From Planctomycetota bacterium (lineage in GTDB: Bacteria > Planctomycetota > UBA8108 > UBA1146 > JAJFFE01): a stretch of DNA of 64,000 nucleotides. Below are positions 8,886-18,972 of the stretch, one piece after another (within the stretch, counting starts at the first letter, position 1; each line of letters starts with the position of its first letter). Under the pieces are notes generated by a model. It was not told the origin of the DNA, made no database searches, and saw nothing but the letters and a program-made list of their open reading frames with translations. The stretch spans positions 10,342 to 74,341 of the forward strand of contig JAJFFE010000303.1 of assembly GCA_021776775.1 (NCBI GenBank), given 5' to 3'. The translations under genes and the position numbers were made by a program.

Positions 8886-11777
8886 ATGGAGAACTTTCCG
8901 TTTGAGTTCGGTCGTCCGTGGTGGCTGCTCGCCGCGATCCCCGCTCTGTGGTGGACGTTCGCCATTGCCAAACGCAGCCTCGCCGGGCAGGCCCCGGGCT
9001 GGGCGCGGTTCGCGCTGATCCTCCGCGTGTTCCTGGTGATCTTGCTCGTCGCCGCGCTCGCCGACGTTCGTTCATCTCTCAAGGGTGAGGGGTTGACGGT
9101 CTTCTTCCTTCTGGATCGATCCGCTTCGATTCCCATGGAGTATTCCGACAACGCGTATCGCTGGATCGAAGAGCGTGCGAAGGACATCGACCCCGACGAT
9201 CGCGTCGGGTTGATCGTTTACGGCCGCGACGCCGGGATCGAGCGCGATGCGGCGCCGCGGTTGCGCATGACGCACATCGAAAGCGTCATCGATCGCGACG
9301 CTACCAATACCGAAGGCGCGCTCCTTCTTGCTCAGGCCGCGCTCAGCTCCTCGAACGCGACCGGCGGCAAGCGGGTCGTGGTGATTTCGGACGGGAACTC
9401 GAACGTCGGCGACGAAGTGCTCGCCGCGCGCAACTTGGCATTGTCAGGCGTCGTCGTCGACGTCCTGCCGATCGACTTTTCGTACCCGCAAGAGATCCTG
9501 ATCGACAGCTTGGGCATTCCGGCGGAAGTACACCCCGAAGAGCCCTACGTCGTCAGTGTTGTCGTCCATTCCGAGGTGGCAACGCGGGCCGAGGTGCACC
9601 TGTACGAGAACGACGAGAAGGTCGAGACCAAAGCTGTCGACTTGGTCAAGGGCAAGACCCGCGTCCAGTTCCCGCGTCAGCACACCGAAGCGGGCCGGTA
9701 TCGCTACGAGGCGCGTCTCTTCGAGCTGGGAGACTCGCCCGTCGATACGCTGGCGCGCAACAACGTCGCGTACGGGTTCACGGTCATTCGTGGCGAGTCT
9801 CGGGTCCTGTTCGTCGGGCACGAAGAAGAGCATCGACCGCTGCTCGACGCGTTGGCGTCATCGCGGATCGCTGTCGAAGTGGTCGCGCCCGACAACGTTC
9901 CACAAGACTCCGAGATGTATTTCTTCTACGACAGCATCATTCTTGCGAACGTCGCGGCGTACGAATTGGGCGTCGATACCCAACGGCTGCTGCACGGTGT
10001 GGTGAAGAATCTCGGCGTCGGGTTGATCATGGTCGGCGGTCCCGATTCGTTCGGCGCCGGGGGCTATCGCGGAACGCAAATCGAAAAGCTACTTCCGGTC
10101 GATATGGAAGTGAAGCAGCGCAAAACCATTCCCAACGGTGCGCTCGTCATGATCCTCCACACCTGTGAGTTCCAAAACGGAAACATGTGGGCGAAGCGCA
10201 TCGCGGTGCGCGCCGTCGAAACGTTGACGCGCGAAGACTACGTCGGCGTGTTGAGTTGGGGAGGCATGGGCGGGGACACTTGGGGCGTTCCGTTTCAGCA
10301 GGCGAAAGACAAGGCCGGAATCGCCAATCTGATTCGCAAGCTGCAACCCGCGGACATGCAATCCTTCGTGCCCACCATGAACCTTGGCTTCAAGGCGCTC
10401 AAGAACGCACCCGCGGTTCAGAAGCACATGATCATCATCTCGGATGGCGACCCTATCCCGCCGAACAAGGCCGCGATGCAACAGTTCGTAGACGAGAAGA
10501 TCTCGGTCACGACAATCTGCATCGGTCCACACGGCGCCGGCGATACCGGCAAGATGAAGAAGATCGCGCTCGATACCGGGGGGCGCTATTACTTCGTCGA
10601 AGACCCGGAAGAGTTGCCCGGCATCTTCATGCGCGAAGCGTTGCACGTCCGACGCAACTTGATCAACGAAGAAACGTTCACCCCGGCCATCGTGATCGAG
10701 ACGCCGCCGATTCGCGGAATCGCCGACATCGGCTTCCCGCTGCTGCACGGTTACGTGATCACGTCACCCAAGCCGACCGCCGAGATTGCTCTGGTGAGTC
10801 ATGAACCGCACCACGACCCGATCCTCGCCCACTGGCGGTACGGCCTCGCACGCACCGCCGCCGTGACGGCCGACAGCGGTGGACGCTGGTCCAGCGATTG
10901 GGTCGGGTGGGCTGGCTACGAACCGTTCTGGGCGCAACTCATCCGTTACGTCTCGAAGAAGGGGGGCGACGAACTCTTCCGAGTCGAACGAACCATCGAA
11001 GGCGATCGTGGCCGAATCATTGTCGATGCCATCGACGCCGAAGGGTCGTACCTCGACAACCTCGAGATCGGCGGACGCCTTCTCGACCCAAAGATGGGTG
11101 AGCAAGAGGTTTCGTTCCAGCAGATCGGACCGGGCCGTTACGAGACCCAGTTCGCCGCGCGCCGTTCTGGGTCGTACCTGTTGTCGCTCGAATACAAAGA
11201 CGAAACCGGCACCGAGGGCCACCACCAAACCGGCATCAACGTCTCGTACTCGCCAGAGTTTCGACACCTCAAGAGTGACCGCGACAAGTTGGAAGAGCTA
11301 GCGGCCGCCGCCCAAGGTCGAGTCCTCAGCTACCAAGACGACCCCTTCGACCCCAACGTGCCCTACCACTATCAGCGCACCCCATTGTGGGAGATGATCC
11401 TCAACCTGGTCGTCCTGCTCTTCTTCATCGACGTCTTCTGTCGCCGCGTCATGCTCTCGCTCGAGCCCGCCAAACGCGCCGTAGCGTGGCTGCGCCTGCG
11501 TCGACAACCGAAAGAGGCCGAGTCCACCGAAACCATGACCGCCCTCCTCCAGCGCCACCAAACAGTGCGAACCGAAACCACCAAACGCGAACGACCAAAA
11601 GAGATTCCAACCTTCGATCCCACCGAACACGCCGAGGGAACTCCGCAAGCAGGCCCCTCCGACGTGGCGAAGGCGCCGCCCAAGCCAACCCCCGACGCTG
11701 CGCCGAAACCAACGAGCTTTACGGATCGGCTGCTGCAGGCGAAGAAGAAAGCACGCGAAGATCTCGACGACGAGTGA
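8886..11777 (+). CDS. BatA-N-terminal (double-TM) / VWA / glutamine-amidotransferase-like / second VWA multidomain membrane protein
   Basis: ATG 8886 follows the NHL stop. MENFPFEFGRPWWLLAAIPALWW is an aerotolerance-regulator N-terminal motif. First VWA has FFLLDRSAS and the second has ..IIISDGDP... The central segment is class-I GATase-like (..LIMVGGPDSFGAGGY..). There is a C-terminal TM helix and a charged tail. Confidence 0.75.
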   Translation: MENFPFEFGRPWWLLAAIPALWWTFAIAKRSLAGQAPGWARFALILRVFLVILLVAALADVRSSLKGEGLTVFFLLDRSASIPMEYSDNAYRWIEERAKDIDPDDRVGLIVYGRDAGIERDAAPRLRMTHIESVIDRDATNTEGALLLAQAALSSSNATGGKRVVVISDGNSNVGDEVLAARNLALSGVVVDVLPIDFSYPQEILIDSLGIPAEVHPEEPYVVSVVVHSEVATRAEVHLYENDEKVETKAVDLVKGKTRVQFPRQHTEAGRYRYEARLFELGDSPVDTLARNNVAYGFTVIRGESRVLFVGHEEEHRPLLDALASSRIAVEVVAPDNVPQDSEMYFFYDSIILANVAAYELGVDTQRLLHGVVKNLGVGLIMVGGPDSFGAGGYRGTQIEKLLPVDMEVKQRKTIPNGALVMILHTCEFQNGNMWAKRIAVRAVETLTREDYVGVLSWGGMGGDTWGVPFQQAKDKAGIANLIRKLQPADMQSFVPTMNLGFKALKNAPAVQKHMIIISDGDPIPPNKAAMQQFVDEKISVTTICIGPHGAGDTGKMKKIALDTGGRYYFVEDPEELPGIFMREALHVRRNLINEETFTPAIVIETPPIRGIADIGFPLLHGYVITSPKPTAEIALVSHEPHHDPILAHWRYGLARTAAVTADSGGRWSSDWVGWAGYEPFWAQLIRYVSKKGGDELFRVERTIEGDRGRIIVDAIDAEGSYLDNLEIGGRLLDPKMGEQEVSFQQIGPGRYETQFAARRSGSYLLSLEYKDETGTEGHHQTGINVSYSPEFRHLKSDRDKLEELAAAAQGRVLSYQDDPFDPNVPYHYQRTPLWEMILNLVVLLFFIDVFCRRVMLSLEPAKRAVAWLRLRRQPKEAESTETMTALLQRHQTVRTETTKRERPKEIPTFDPTEHAEGTPQAGPSDVAKAPPKPTPDAAPKPTSFTDRLLQAKKKAREDLDDE

Positions 11778-12163
11778 TCTCGCCGGAGCCCTCCCTCCTG
11801 CCGACTAGGGCCCGCGCAGCGACAATGATTTCCACCGGTTGAGGTAGGCGCGTCGTCACTTCCACCTCACAGGTTGCGTTGCACCCCAGGGGCGCCGATC
11901 GGAGGCGCTACCTATGACAGTGGGATCAATGTTCGACGGATTCACAACTCAGGTGCTCCCATGTTGAACAGCCTTGTTGCGTACCTCGTCATCGGGTCTT
12001 AATCCTGGCGTTCGCCAGTCGGGGTTGGCGAGCGCGGCGGAGCCCTTCTTAGTTTTCACCGTAGGTGTCACCGTGCCGCGTCCTTTGGTAGCATCAGACG
12101 CAATCACCGGTGCTGCCTCCCGGCAACTGAGCCTCGATTTTGGACGGACAAACTTCAACGACC

Positions 12164-12751
12164 ATGAACAACGGTAGAGGACTTAACGCCTTCACTCTTG
12201 GATTGCTGATCTTCCTCGGCGCGGTCGGGATCTTCTGGTTTGCCTCGGCCGTTAGGACCGCTAGACGCAAATCGAACCGTGCCTTTTGCATCAGCCACCT
12301 CAAGCTGATCGGTGCGCTGTGCATCTCACGCGCCGACGATCAAGACGGTGTGTTCCCATACGATCCTTCGCCTACTCCCAGCGCCCTCAACGCTTTTCAG
12401 GTTCTGGTCGACGAAAGTGATGACTTCAATACGAGACTACTGTGCTCGCCAGCCCATTTCGATACGCCGGCAGTTCCGAGCTCGTCGGGATCTTATGTTC
12501 TCGGCGCTTCCAATGTGAGCTATGCCTATCGAGGAGCGGCCACGGCGGTCGACAGTCGGTCCAGCACGATCCTAGCTTCCAATGACACGTATCTCGGCGC
12601 TCCCAACGAGGGAGAGCAGCCCGAAGGCCACGAGGGCGGGGTCAACGTCTTGATGGTAACGGGGGAAGCGTACTTCCTTCCGCTCGATCAACTCGCTTCC
12701 GGTCGGAACTTCCCGGAGGGTCTCGTGGACAACTACGGCTCCACCAAGTGA
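12164..12751 (+). CDS. Prepilin-like N-terminus / DUF1559 (H-X9-DG-like) family protein, short form
   Basis: N-terminal ..GLNAFTLGLLIFLGAVGIFWF.. is a degenerate prepilin-type helix without the canonical Glu. C-terminal ..HEGGVNVLMVTGEAYFLP.. resembles the H-X9-DG motif of planctomycete DUF1559 proteins. Confidence 0.55.
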   Translation: MNNGRGLNAFTLGLLIFLGAVGIFWFASAVRTARRKSNRAFCISHLKLIGALCISRADDQDGVFPYDPSPTPSALNAFQVLVDESDDFNTRLLCSPAHFDTPAVPSSSGSYVLGASNVSYAYRGAATAVDSRSSTILASNDTYLGAPNEGEQPEGHEGGVNVLMVTGEAYFLPLDQLASGRNFPEGLVDNYGSTK

Positions 12752-12799
12752 AGCCTCGTGGTCCAACTCGGCGTTACCCGTAGGCACTGGTCGTCAGCA

Positions 12800-13750
12800 T
12801 CAAGGGCAGCCGACGAAGTCCTCGCACGCCAAAGCGGTCGGCGTCGGATCCGGTCCACAGATCACGAACGGATCTGGCGGCGGCGGACCTGACGTGAAGA
12901 GATGGGCGAGAGTGAAGACGGGGTCGGAGATGTCGAACGCGTCGTCGTCATTGGCGTCGCACGCGAGCGGGCAATCGATCGTCGTCGCGCCGATGAAGAG
13001 TTGGTCGAGAGCAGTGACGGCGTCCGCCACGTTCACCGATCCGTCGGCGTTGCAATCGGCGCGACGAAACGGCGGGACGTCGGTGAGCACACCGTCGATC
13101 GAGAAGCTCGCGGCGCCTTGCCAGGTCGTTTCGAACGCGAAGGGATCGTCGACCAAGAACGAGACTCGAGCCGTGATCTGAATGGAAATGAACTGCCCGA
13201 GCTCGATGGGGAGTTGAATGCCCACAGGTTGCGAACCTGACAGCGGTAGAGAGATCGTGCCATCGAAGGACTCGATCAGGATCGTGACACTCGCGTCCGT
13301 TCCGTCGAGATCGAGCGTGCCGTTCAACGTCAGTAACCCAGTCGCTTCGGGTTCGAAGTAGAGATAGAAGAAGCTTCGCGATTCGATATCGGCGTGCGCG
13401 CCTTGGGCGAACTCTCCCGCCTCGAACGTGAAGCTCGTCGATCCCATCGCGCTGAACGAAGACGATTCGATGATCGACGCCTGCTCGGCGACGACGCCAA
13501 CCGTGTAGTCGGGGTCCATCGCGCCGCCGACGAGCTGTTCGTCGAACACGGTGCCGGCAATGAGCAGCGCTTCTTCAGCAACTCCCAGCTGTTGCATCGA
13601 GTTCGAGATCCACTCGAACTCCACGCGTTGGTCGGAGTCGTCGATGATGAAGCTCTGGGACTGGGCGTTGACCATCGACGGCATTAAAGCAGCCGTAAGC
13701 AACGCCACGATGGTTGCGCCACGGATCGTGTTCGTCGGACGTTCGACCAT
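12800..13750 (-). CDS. Secreted protein with C-terminal dockerin-like (EF-hand-type) Cys-rich domain
   Basis: Signal peptide MVERPTNTIRGATIVALLTAALMPSMVNAQS. C-terminal ..CNADGSVNVADAVTALDQLF..CDANDDDAFDISDPVFTLAHLF..C..C..CP. Confidence 0.65.
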   Translation of the reverse strand: MVERPTNTIRGATIVALLTAALMPSMVNAQSQSFIIDDSDQRVEFEWISNSMQQLGVAEEALLIAGTVFDEQLVGGAMDPDYTVGVVAEQASIIESSSFSAMGSTSFTFEAGEFAQGAHADIESRSFFYLYFEPEATGLLTLNGTLDLDGTDASVTILIESFDGTISLPLSGSQPVGIQLPIELGQFISIQITARVSFLVDDPFAFETTWQGAASFSIDGVLTDVPPFRRADCNADGSVNVADAVTALDQLFIGATTIDCPLACDANDDDAFDISDPVFTLAHLFTSGPPPPDPFVICGPDPTPTALACEDFVGCP

Positions 13751-14198
13751 TGAGAGGCTCCCTTCGTCTGGAGGGGCGACATCGTGACACGTGGTGGGGG
13801 CCGGGGGAAGAAGAGTGCCGCACCGAGAGCGGGCGGCTGGCCCGTTGGTGCCGGGCTGGGTGTCACCGGGTCACATCCGCACTACAATCCACGCTTTCCC
13901 AGCCGTCGCTCGGCGGCTGAGCTTCAACGTCAGGCGGCTTGTCAGGTGTCAGCGACTATTGAAACGCTATCCACCATTGTTGTCGTCCTTACCGGCAGCT
14001 ACTTTCTAGCTCTCGCTGCCGTCGCGCTACTCGTTCGATCGGCCGCTCGCATGACCGGAAAGTCCGCGTTCTCGCACGCGAAAAAAACGGAGTAAGGTCG
14101 AGGCCGTCTCCGACTCCTTGGTGGGTCCGAGGCGACCCGATCGCCTCTCGAGTTCATACCGACGGAACCAAAGCCCGTTCAGACCCAGAGGATCGACC

Positions 14199-15044
14199 GT
14201 GTACACAACAGAACGCTTCTCCCGAGCCGCTCGGATTGCGCTCGGCCTTCTCGCTGTCGGGTTCTCGTCCTTAGCCACCGAATCGCGAGCACAGTCATCG
14301 TTCGAGTTCCAGGCTCCGAACGTTGCCTTCACTCTTCAGCCCGGCGTCTTCGACTTCTCGCTGGGTTTCTCGATCGAACAGGTGGCGGGCCCGTCCGCAG
14401 GAACCCTGGGGTTCGGAATGGGTGTCGCCCATGATCCGTCCTTGCTATCGATCCTGTCGGTCGACGAGGGTCCGGCGCTCGACGTGCTACCGTTTCCGAC
14501 TGCATTCTTCACTACCGTTATCGACGCCGACGGGTGGGCCGCCAGCGCTGTCTACACAGTCCTCGGCTCTGCTCTGATTTCGTTCCCCGTGCCGACCGAA
14601 GCCGTCACGGTCACATATCGAGCGGGCGAATCGGGCTCCGTCGACCCGACCGACTCCTCACCGCTCACCTGGACGAATGACATCGGATTACCACCCATCA
14701 TGAATCTCGTCGTCGTTGGCGGTTTCATGATCTTTCCGGACTTCGTCGACGGATTGGTGGCCTTTGCCGAGTTCACGTACGTTCGTGGCGACATGAACAA
14801 CGACGGCAACATCGACTTGTCCGACGTCTTCACTGCCGAAGACTATCTCTTCCTCGGCGGCCCGACCCCAGATTGCCTCGTGGCACTCGATGCCAACGCC
14901 GACACGTCGATCGACATCGCCGACCTGATCTACCTGCTCAGCTACATGTTCATCGGAGGCGATGACCCCCCGTCGCCGTTTCCCCGTTGCGGCGCGGCTT
15001 TGCCTTCGGACACTTTCGAGTGTGAAGAGCACCTGTGCCCATGA
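14199..15044 (+). CDS. Secreted cohesin-like plus dockerin-like domain protein (paralogous C-terminus to 12800..13750)
   Basis: GTG 14199 is preceded by GAGGA, followed by the signal peptide ..RIALGLLAVGFSSLATESRAQS. Contains a cohesin-like beta-sandwich pattern (..GFGMGVAHDPSLLSILSVDEGPAL..). C-terminal ..GDMNNDGNIDLSDVF..LDANADTSIDIADLIYLLSYMF..C..C..CP. Confidence 0.65.
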   Translation: MYTTERFSRAARIALGLLAVGFSSLATESRAQSSFEFQAPNVAFTLQPGVFDFSLGFSIEQVAGPSAGTLGFGMGVAHDPSLLSILSVDEGPALDVLPFPTAFFTTVIDADGWAASAVYTVLGSALISFPVPTEAVTVTYRAGESGSVDPTDSSPLTWTNDIGLPPIMNLVVVGGFMIFPDFVDGLVAFAEFTYVRGDMNNDGNIDLSDVFTAEDYLFLGGPTPDCLVALDANADTSIDIADLIYLLSYMFIGGDDPPSPFPRCGAALPSDTFECEEHLCP

Positions 15045-15266
15045 GCCGAAGCCGACTTTGGCCCGGACCGATCAATCTCTCTAAGAACCATCTGGAGAAC
15101 GACACCATCAAGGCGTATCCGATGGACGGGCTCGAGGAAGAGCAACCGCCGCACCGCTTCTTACCGCTGTCGAAGGTGAAGTAAGGGAGCCGGAACTCGA
15201 ACAACGGGATCAGCCTCGAGCTCCAGGGGACTCAGTCGAGTCGTTGCGCGATGGGTTCGCGACTGC

Positions 15267-17033
15267 CTAGCTCGCTAGGTCGAGCATGACTTGCAGCCGG
15301 ACGAAGTCGACGTCGGCGATGACGATGTTGATCGCGCCGCCTTCACTGAACGAGTAGCTGCGGCGCCGGGCGCTGATCACGACCGTGTCGCCATCGATCT
15401 GAGCGCGGCCGCCGATCTTTCGAAACGGCAAGAAACCGCTGACGTTGAACTCGTCGAACTCGATCTCCATTCCGCTGGGGTTGATCCGGACCACCTTGGC
15501 GGGATGGGTCTCTCCAATGTGGGGCTCGAGGTACTGACACACTTTGAGATCGAAGACCGCTCGCTCGACCATTTCGGCCAAGCTTGCCTGCATGGTGCTG
15601 TGGCTCGCCTTGATGTTGAGGTCGTCGACGAATGCGCCGGCGCGAAGTTCCTTCTCGGCCTCGTCGGGACGAGACTGGATCGCGTGCAACCACCGGTGCA
15701 CGATCAGATCGGGGTAGCGTCGGATCGGTGATGTGAAGTGAAGGTACGCTTCGCGCGCCAGGCCCCAGTGTTTGGCCACGTCCTCATGGTCCTTCACTTG
15801 GTAGTCCGCGCGTTCGACCAGTCCCATGATGCGGCCGATCATCGCCTCGGCGTTTTGGCGACTGCGTACCGCACGGACCAGGCTACCGATATCGCGACCG
15901 GTGAGGCGCTCCTTCCGCGGCACGCGCACGCGGAGCTTCTCGAGCATGGCCAGTACGCCTTCGATCTCTTCCGGATCTTTCTCGGGGTGCACTCGGTAGA
16001 TGGTCGGCAACCCGCGCTCGCGAAAGGTGTCGCCCACGGCTTGGTTGGCGGCGAGCGCCGTCTCTTCGATCAGCGTTTGTGAGAAGTAGTTGGTCGCGAT
16101 CTCGACTCCGACGACCTCGTGCTTTTCGTTGAACACGAACTTGCGCTCTCGAGACTGCATGCGCAGCGAGCCGGCCTGATCGCGAAGGAGCTGTTGAGTG
16201 CGCGTCCATCGTTGCAGCTCGCGGAGCGTCGATTCGAGATGCGCGATCTTTGCGGTCTCGGCGTTTTCGTTACCGTCGAGCAGCTCTTGGACCAGCCGGT
16301 AGGTACAGCGGTACTTGCTGCGGATGACGCTCTTGGCCATGTGCGAGTCGACGCGCTTGCCGTCCGGCGTGAATTCCATGAACACGGAGAAGGCCAGACG
16401 ATCGCGATCGGGCACCAGCGAGCAGAGGTTGTTCGAGAGTTTCTCGGGCAGCATCGGCACGACTTGGTCGGCGACGTAGATGCTCGTGCCCCGTTCCATC
16501 GCCTCATCGTCGAGCGGCGTCCCCGGCGTCACGTAGTGACCGACGTCCGCGATGTGCACGCCGAGCTCGACGTTGCCGCCGGGAAGTCGGTTCATAGAGA
16601 TCGCGTCGTCGTAGTCCTTGGCGTCTGCACCGTCGATCGTGAAGATCATCTGGTCGCGCAAGTCGAGCCGCTCGGCGAATTCGCTCGGGTCGGGATCATC
16701 GGGCAGCGCCGCCACCTGCTTGGCGACGTCCGCCGGAAACACCGTACGGACGCGAAACGACTTGAGGAGCTGCATCTCCTCGGAGTCGATGTTCCGGTAC
16801 GGCGGCGGGCCGTGCTCCATCGGGCCGAACGCCCGTGGTCGACGACGAAGACCGACATCGATCTGGGTCTCCAGCTCGAGATCGACCTCTTCCTCGCCGG
16901 CGCGCTTGAACGTCCAACCGGGCTCCGCCACGGGCTCGTCCGGGGTTTCGCCCTCGACGCCCATCGCCTTCGCGAGGTCGGCGAAGCTGCCAAAGCTCTT
17001 AGACTTCTTGGGTGACTTCTTCTTGTCGGCCAT
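15267..17033 (-). CDS. rnr: Ribonuclease R / RNase II-family 3'-5' exoribonuclease
   Basis: RNB catalytic motifs ..DAKDYDDAIS..LGVHIADVGHYV..ERGTSIYVADQVVPMLPEKLSNNLCSL.., plus a C-terminal S1-like domain. ATG 17033 (MADKKKSPKK..) is preferred over the 680-aa track ORF, whose first 92 aa are Arg/Pro-rich noise. Confidence 0.85.
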   Translation of the reverse strand: MADKKKSPKKSKSFGSFADLAKAMGVEGETPDEPVAEPGWTFKRAGEEEVDLELETQIDVGLRRRPRAFGPMEHGPPPYRNIDSEEMQLLKSFRVRTVFPADVAKQVAALPDDPDPSEFAERLDLRDQMIFTIDGADAKDYDDAISMNRLPGGNVELGVHIADVGHYVTPGTPLDDEAMERGTSIYVADQVVPMLPEKLSNNLCSLVPDRDRLAFSVFMEFTPDGKRVDSHMAKSVIRSKYRCTYRLVQELLDGNENAETAKIAHLESTLRELQRWTRTQQLLRDQAGSLRMQSRERKFVFNEKHEVVGVEIATNYFSQTLIEETALAANQAVGDTFRERGLPTIYRVHPEKDPEEIEGVLAMLEKLRVRVPRKERLTGRDIGSLVRAVRSRQNAEAMIGRIMGLVERADYQVKDHEDVAKHWGLAREAYLHFTSPIRRYPDLIVHRWLHAIQSRPDEAEKELRAGAFVDDLNIKASHSTMQASLAEMVERAVFDLKVCQYLEPHIGETHPAKVVRINPSGMEIEFDEFNVSGFLPFRKIGGRAQIDGDTVVISARRRSYSFSEGGAINIVIADVDFVRLQVMLDLAS

Positions 17034-17375
17034 GGCTCCTATTGTGCGCGGTCGACGCCTTGGGGGACACCGGAGTTTCTCCGGTCGGGCCGCGAATCCT
17101 GGTCCCGTGGGGCCGCTCGCCCACCGTCGGGAACACCGCTGGGCTTGCCGACCGGGTCCTACGAACCGGACCTTCGAACCCCGTGCCGTCCGTCGGACGT
17201 CACCGCCCCGATTCGGTACTCGTCGCCCACGTGGCGTGTCGCAAAGACCGTTCTGCTCCAGCGTCTCGTGTTTCGGGTGCTTCCCGATGGTGCCGCGTCG
17301 CTCGTGCAATTCGAGAACGATTCGGGAACCATCGCGAGTCTCCGGCGAGCAGTTATGCAGTCACGAAGAAACTCG

Positions 17376-17666
17376 ATGGAACGGCTTATGGTCGACTGCG
17401 GATACTGGGGGTGCTCGTCGGATGCTTCCTGGAAGGCGAAGCGGTGCTGGTGCTCGGCGATTTCGCGGCTCACCGCGGATATCTCGAACTCGGGGGGCGG
17501 TTGCGCGTTCGCCGGCTCTCTCATCGGGGATCAGCTCGCCTTCACCGAAGACAGTGCCCTGCGTAAGAATAGCTCGTCACGCTTGGTCTCCCTCAGATCC
17601 GGGGATATGCTGCAGCAGATATTGTTGCTTGGCAACTTGCAGACAACCAGAGGGGACTCTTCATGA
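17376..17666 (+). pseudogene. DedA-family membrane protein remnant with two frameshifts at G-runs and a truncated C-terminus
   Basis: DedA-like pieces lie in alternating frames: MERLMVDCGYWG (frame of 17145 ORF), VLVGCFLEGEAVLVLGDFAAHRGYLEL (frame of 17012 ORF), then ..FAGSLIGDQLAF.. (first frame again). Switch points are at G5 17407-17411 and G6 17492-17497. The ORF ends at 17666, about 100 aa short of a typical DedA. Confidence 0.5.
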
Positions 17667-17807
17667 AGCCAAGACGCTCGGTTTGTGGGGACGCGTGTTC
17701 CAACGTCGCGGCTAGCGGACCCGCAACCTCAGGTACGTGGGAGAGCAACCTCTGACAACAGCGCGTGCAATGATCCAAGCATCACTTCTTGTAGAAAGAG
17801 CAGGACA

Positions 17808-18710
17808 ATGTCACGACCGAACGCGAGCGACTTCCCTCAGGAAGCCTTAGATATCTACGACGACTACGCCCACGGACGAGTGAATCGTCGCCAATACCTC
17901 AAGCTGTTGGCTGGCTGCGCGGTCGGTGGGTTGACAGTCGAGACGCTCTTGCACGGGCTAAGTCCGAACTATGCGTTGGCGCAACAGGTGAAGCCCGATG
18001 ACAAGCGCATCAAAGCGGAAGTGATCACCTATGACTCGCCAAAGGGGGCCGGCACGATGAAGGGTCTTCTCGCCCGACCGAGCAAGGGCACCCAGTTCCC
18101 GGCTGTGCTCGTAATCCACGAGAATCGTGGGTTGAACCCCTACATCGAAGACGTCGCTCGCCGCCTTGCCGTGGAGGGCTTCCTGGCATTGGCGCCGGAC
18201 GCGCTAACACCACTCGGTGGCTACCCCGGTGACGATAGCAAGGGGCGTGCACTTCAACGCAAGAGGGACAAAGAGAAGATGATTCTCGACTTCGTTGCCG
18301 CGGCCGAGTTGCTGGACAAGCATCCTCAATCGACGGGTAAGGTCGGAGCCGTAGGTTTCTGCTTCGGGGGCAACGTCGTATACCACATAGCGATTCGAGC
18401 CCCCAAAGTACTCGACGCCGGAGTCCCCTACTACGGACGCCAGCCGGACCTCGAAGAAGTACCTAAAATTGGCGCACCACTTCTCATTCACAATGGCGAA
18501 CATGACAAGCGAGTGCTAGCCGGCGCGGCCGCTCTGGAAGCGGCTTTGAAGAAGCACAAGAAGGAATTCAAAGCGCACGTCTACAAAGACGCCAACCACG
18601 GCTTTCACAACGATACGACACCGAGGTACGACGAAGCCGCCGCCAAGCTTTCATGGAAGCGCACCGTCGACTTCTTCAAAGCGAAACTCGTGGACGCGAA
18701 GACCAAGTAG
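17808..18710 (+). CDS. Dienelactone hydrolase-family protein with Tat-like signal
   Basis: ATG 17808. ..[18 protein letters not shown].. is twin-Arg-like. DLH motifs are ..[25 protein letters not shown].., ..GAVGFCFGG.. and ..HGFHND... Confidence 0.8.
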   Translation: MSRPNASDFPQEALDIYDDYAHGRVNRRQYLKLLAGCAVGGLTVETLLHGLSPNYALAQQVKPDDKRIKAEVITYDSPKGAGTMKGLLARPSKGTQFPAVLVIHENRGLNPYIEDVARRLAVEGFLALAPDALTPLGGYPGDDSKGRALQRKRDKEKMILDFVAAAELLDKHPQSTGKVGAVGFCFGGNVVYHIAIRAPKVLDAGVPYYGRQPDLEEVPKIGAPLLIHNGEHDKRVLAGAAALEAALKKHKKEFKAHVYKDANHGFHNDTTPRYDEAAAKLSWKRTVDFFKAKLVDAKTK

Positions 18711-18972
18711 CGGGATCGACGGGCCGACGGGCCGACCCGGCGCCAAGGCCCGATCACGTTCGACACCCGCGAGGACGGGAGCGTGGTCGGCCTCACGTAC
18801 GAGGACGGTATGACGTTCGAGTTCACGCGGAGCCCAGACGTTCGTTGAAGTTGGGAGTCGTGCCGAGCTGTGACAGTCGCGCACGAGCTCGACTGCGATC
18901 CAGAGACGCTCACATCCCTCTGAGAACGAATTGGTGAACTCGGAGGTGACGTCGGCAGTTTCGGCTGGTTCG

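Noticed and set aside
11778-12163. Search for tRNA/tRNA-Sec/tmRNA or other RNA genes in the larger spacers (also 17034-17375, 28172-28660 and 43070-43435)
   Set aside because: No T-loop (GTTCGAATC-type) with matching acceptor and T stems, and no tmRNA tag or 3' CCA-type end, was found by eye. Only short GC hairpins and the dispersed repeats are present. A covariance-model scan would be needed to be certain.
17034-17309. 92-aa N-terminal extension of the RNase R ORF
   Set aside because: It is Arg/Pro/Gly-rich with no similarity. The internal ATG 17033 gives the Lys-rich N-terminus (MADKKKSPKK) typical of RNase R-type proteins.
18711-18851. In-frame continuation after the TAG stop of the dienelactone hydrolase gene (..RQGPITFDTREDGSVVGLTYEDGMTFEFTRSPDVR*)
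   Set aside because: It is only 46 codons, with no start codon and no recoding signal. The DLH domain is already complete before the TAG. It is most simply a remnant of an unrelated gene fragment or a chance open frame in GC-rich DNA. Noted but not called.
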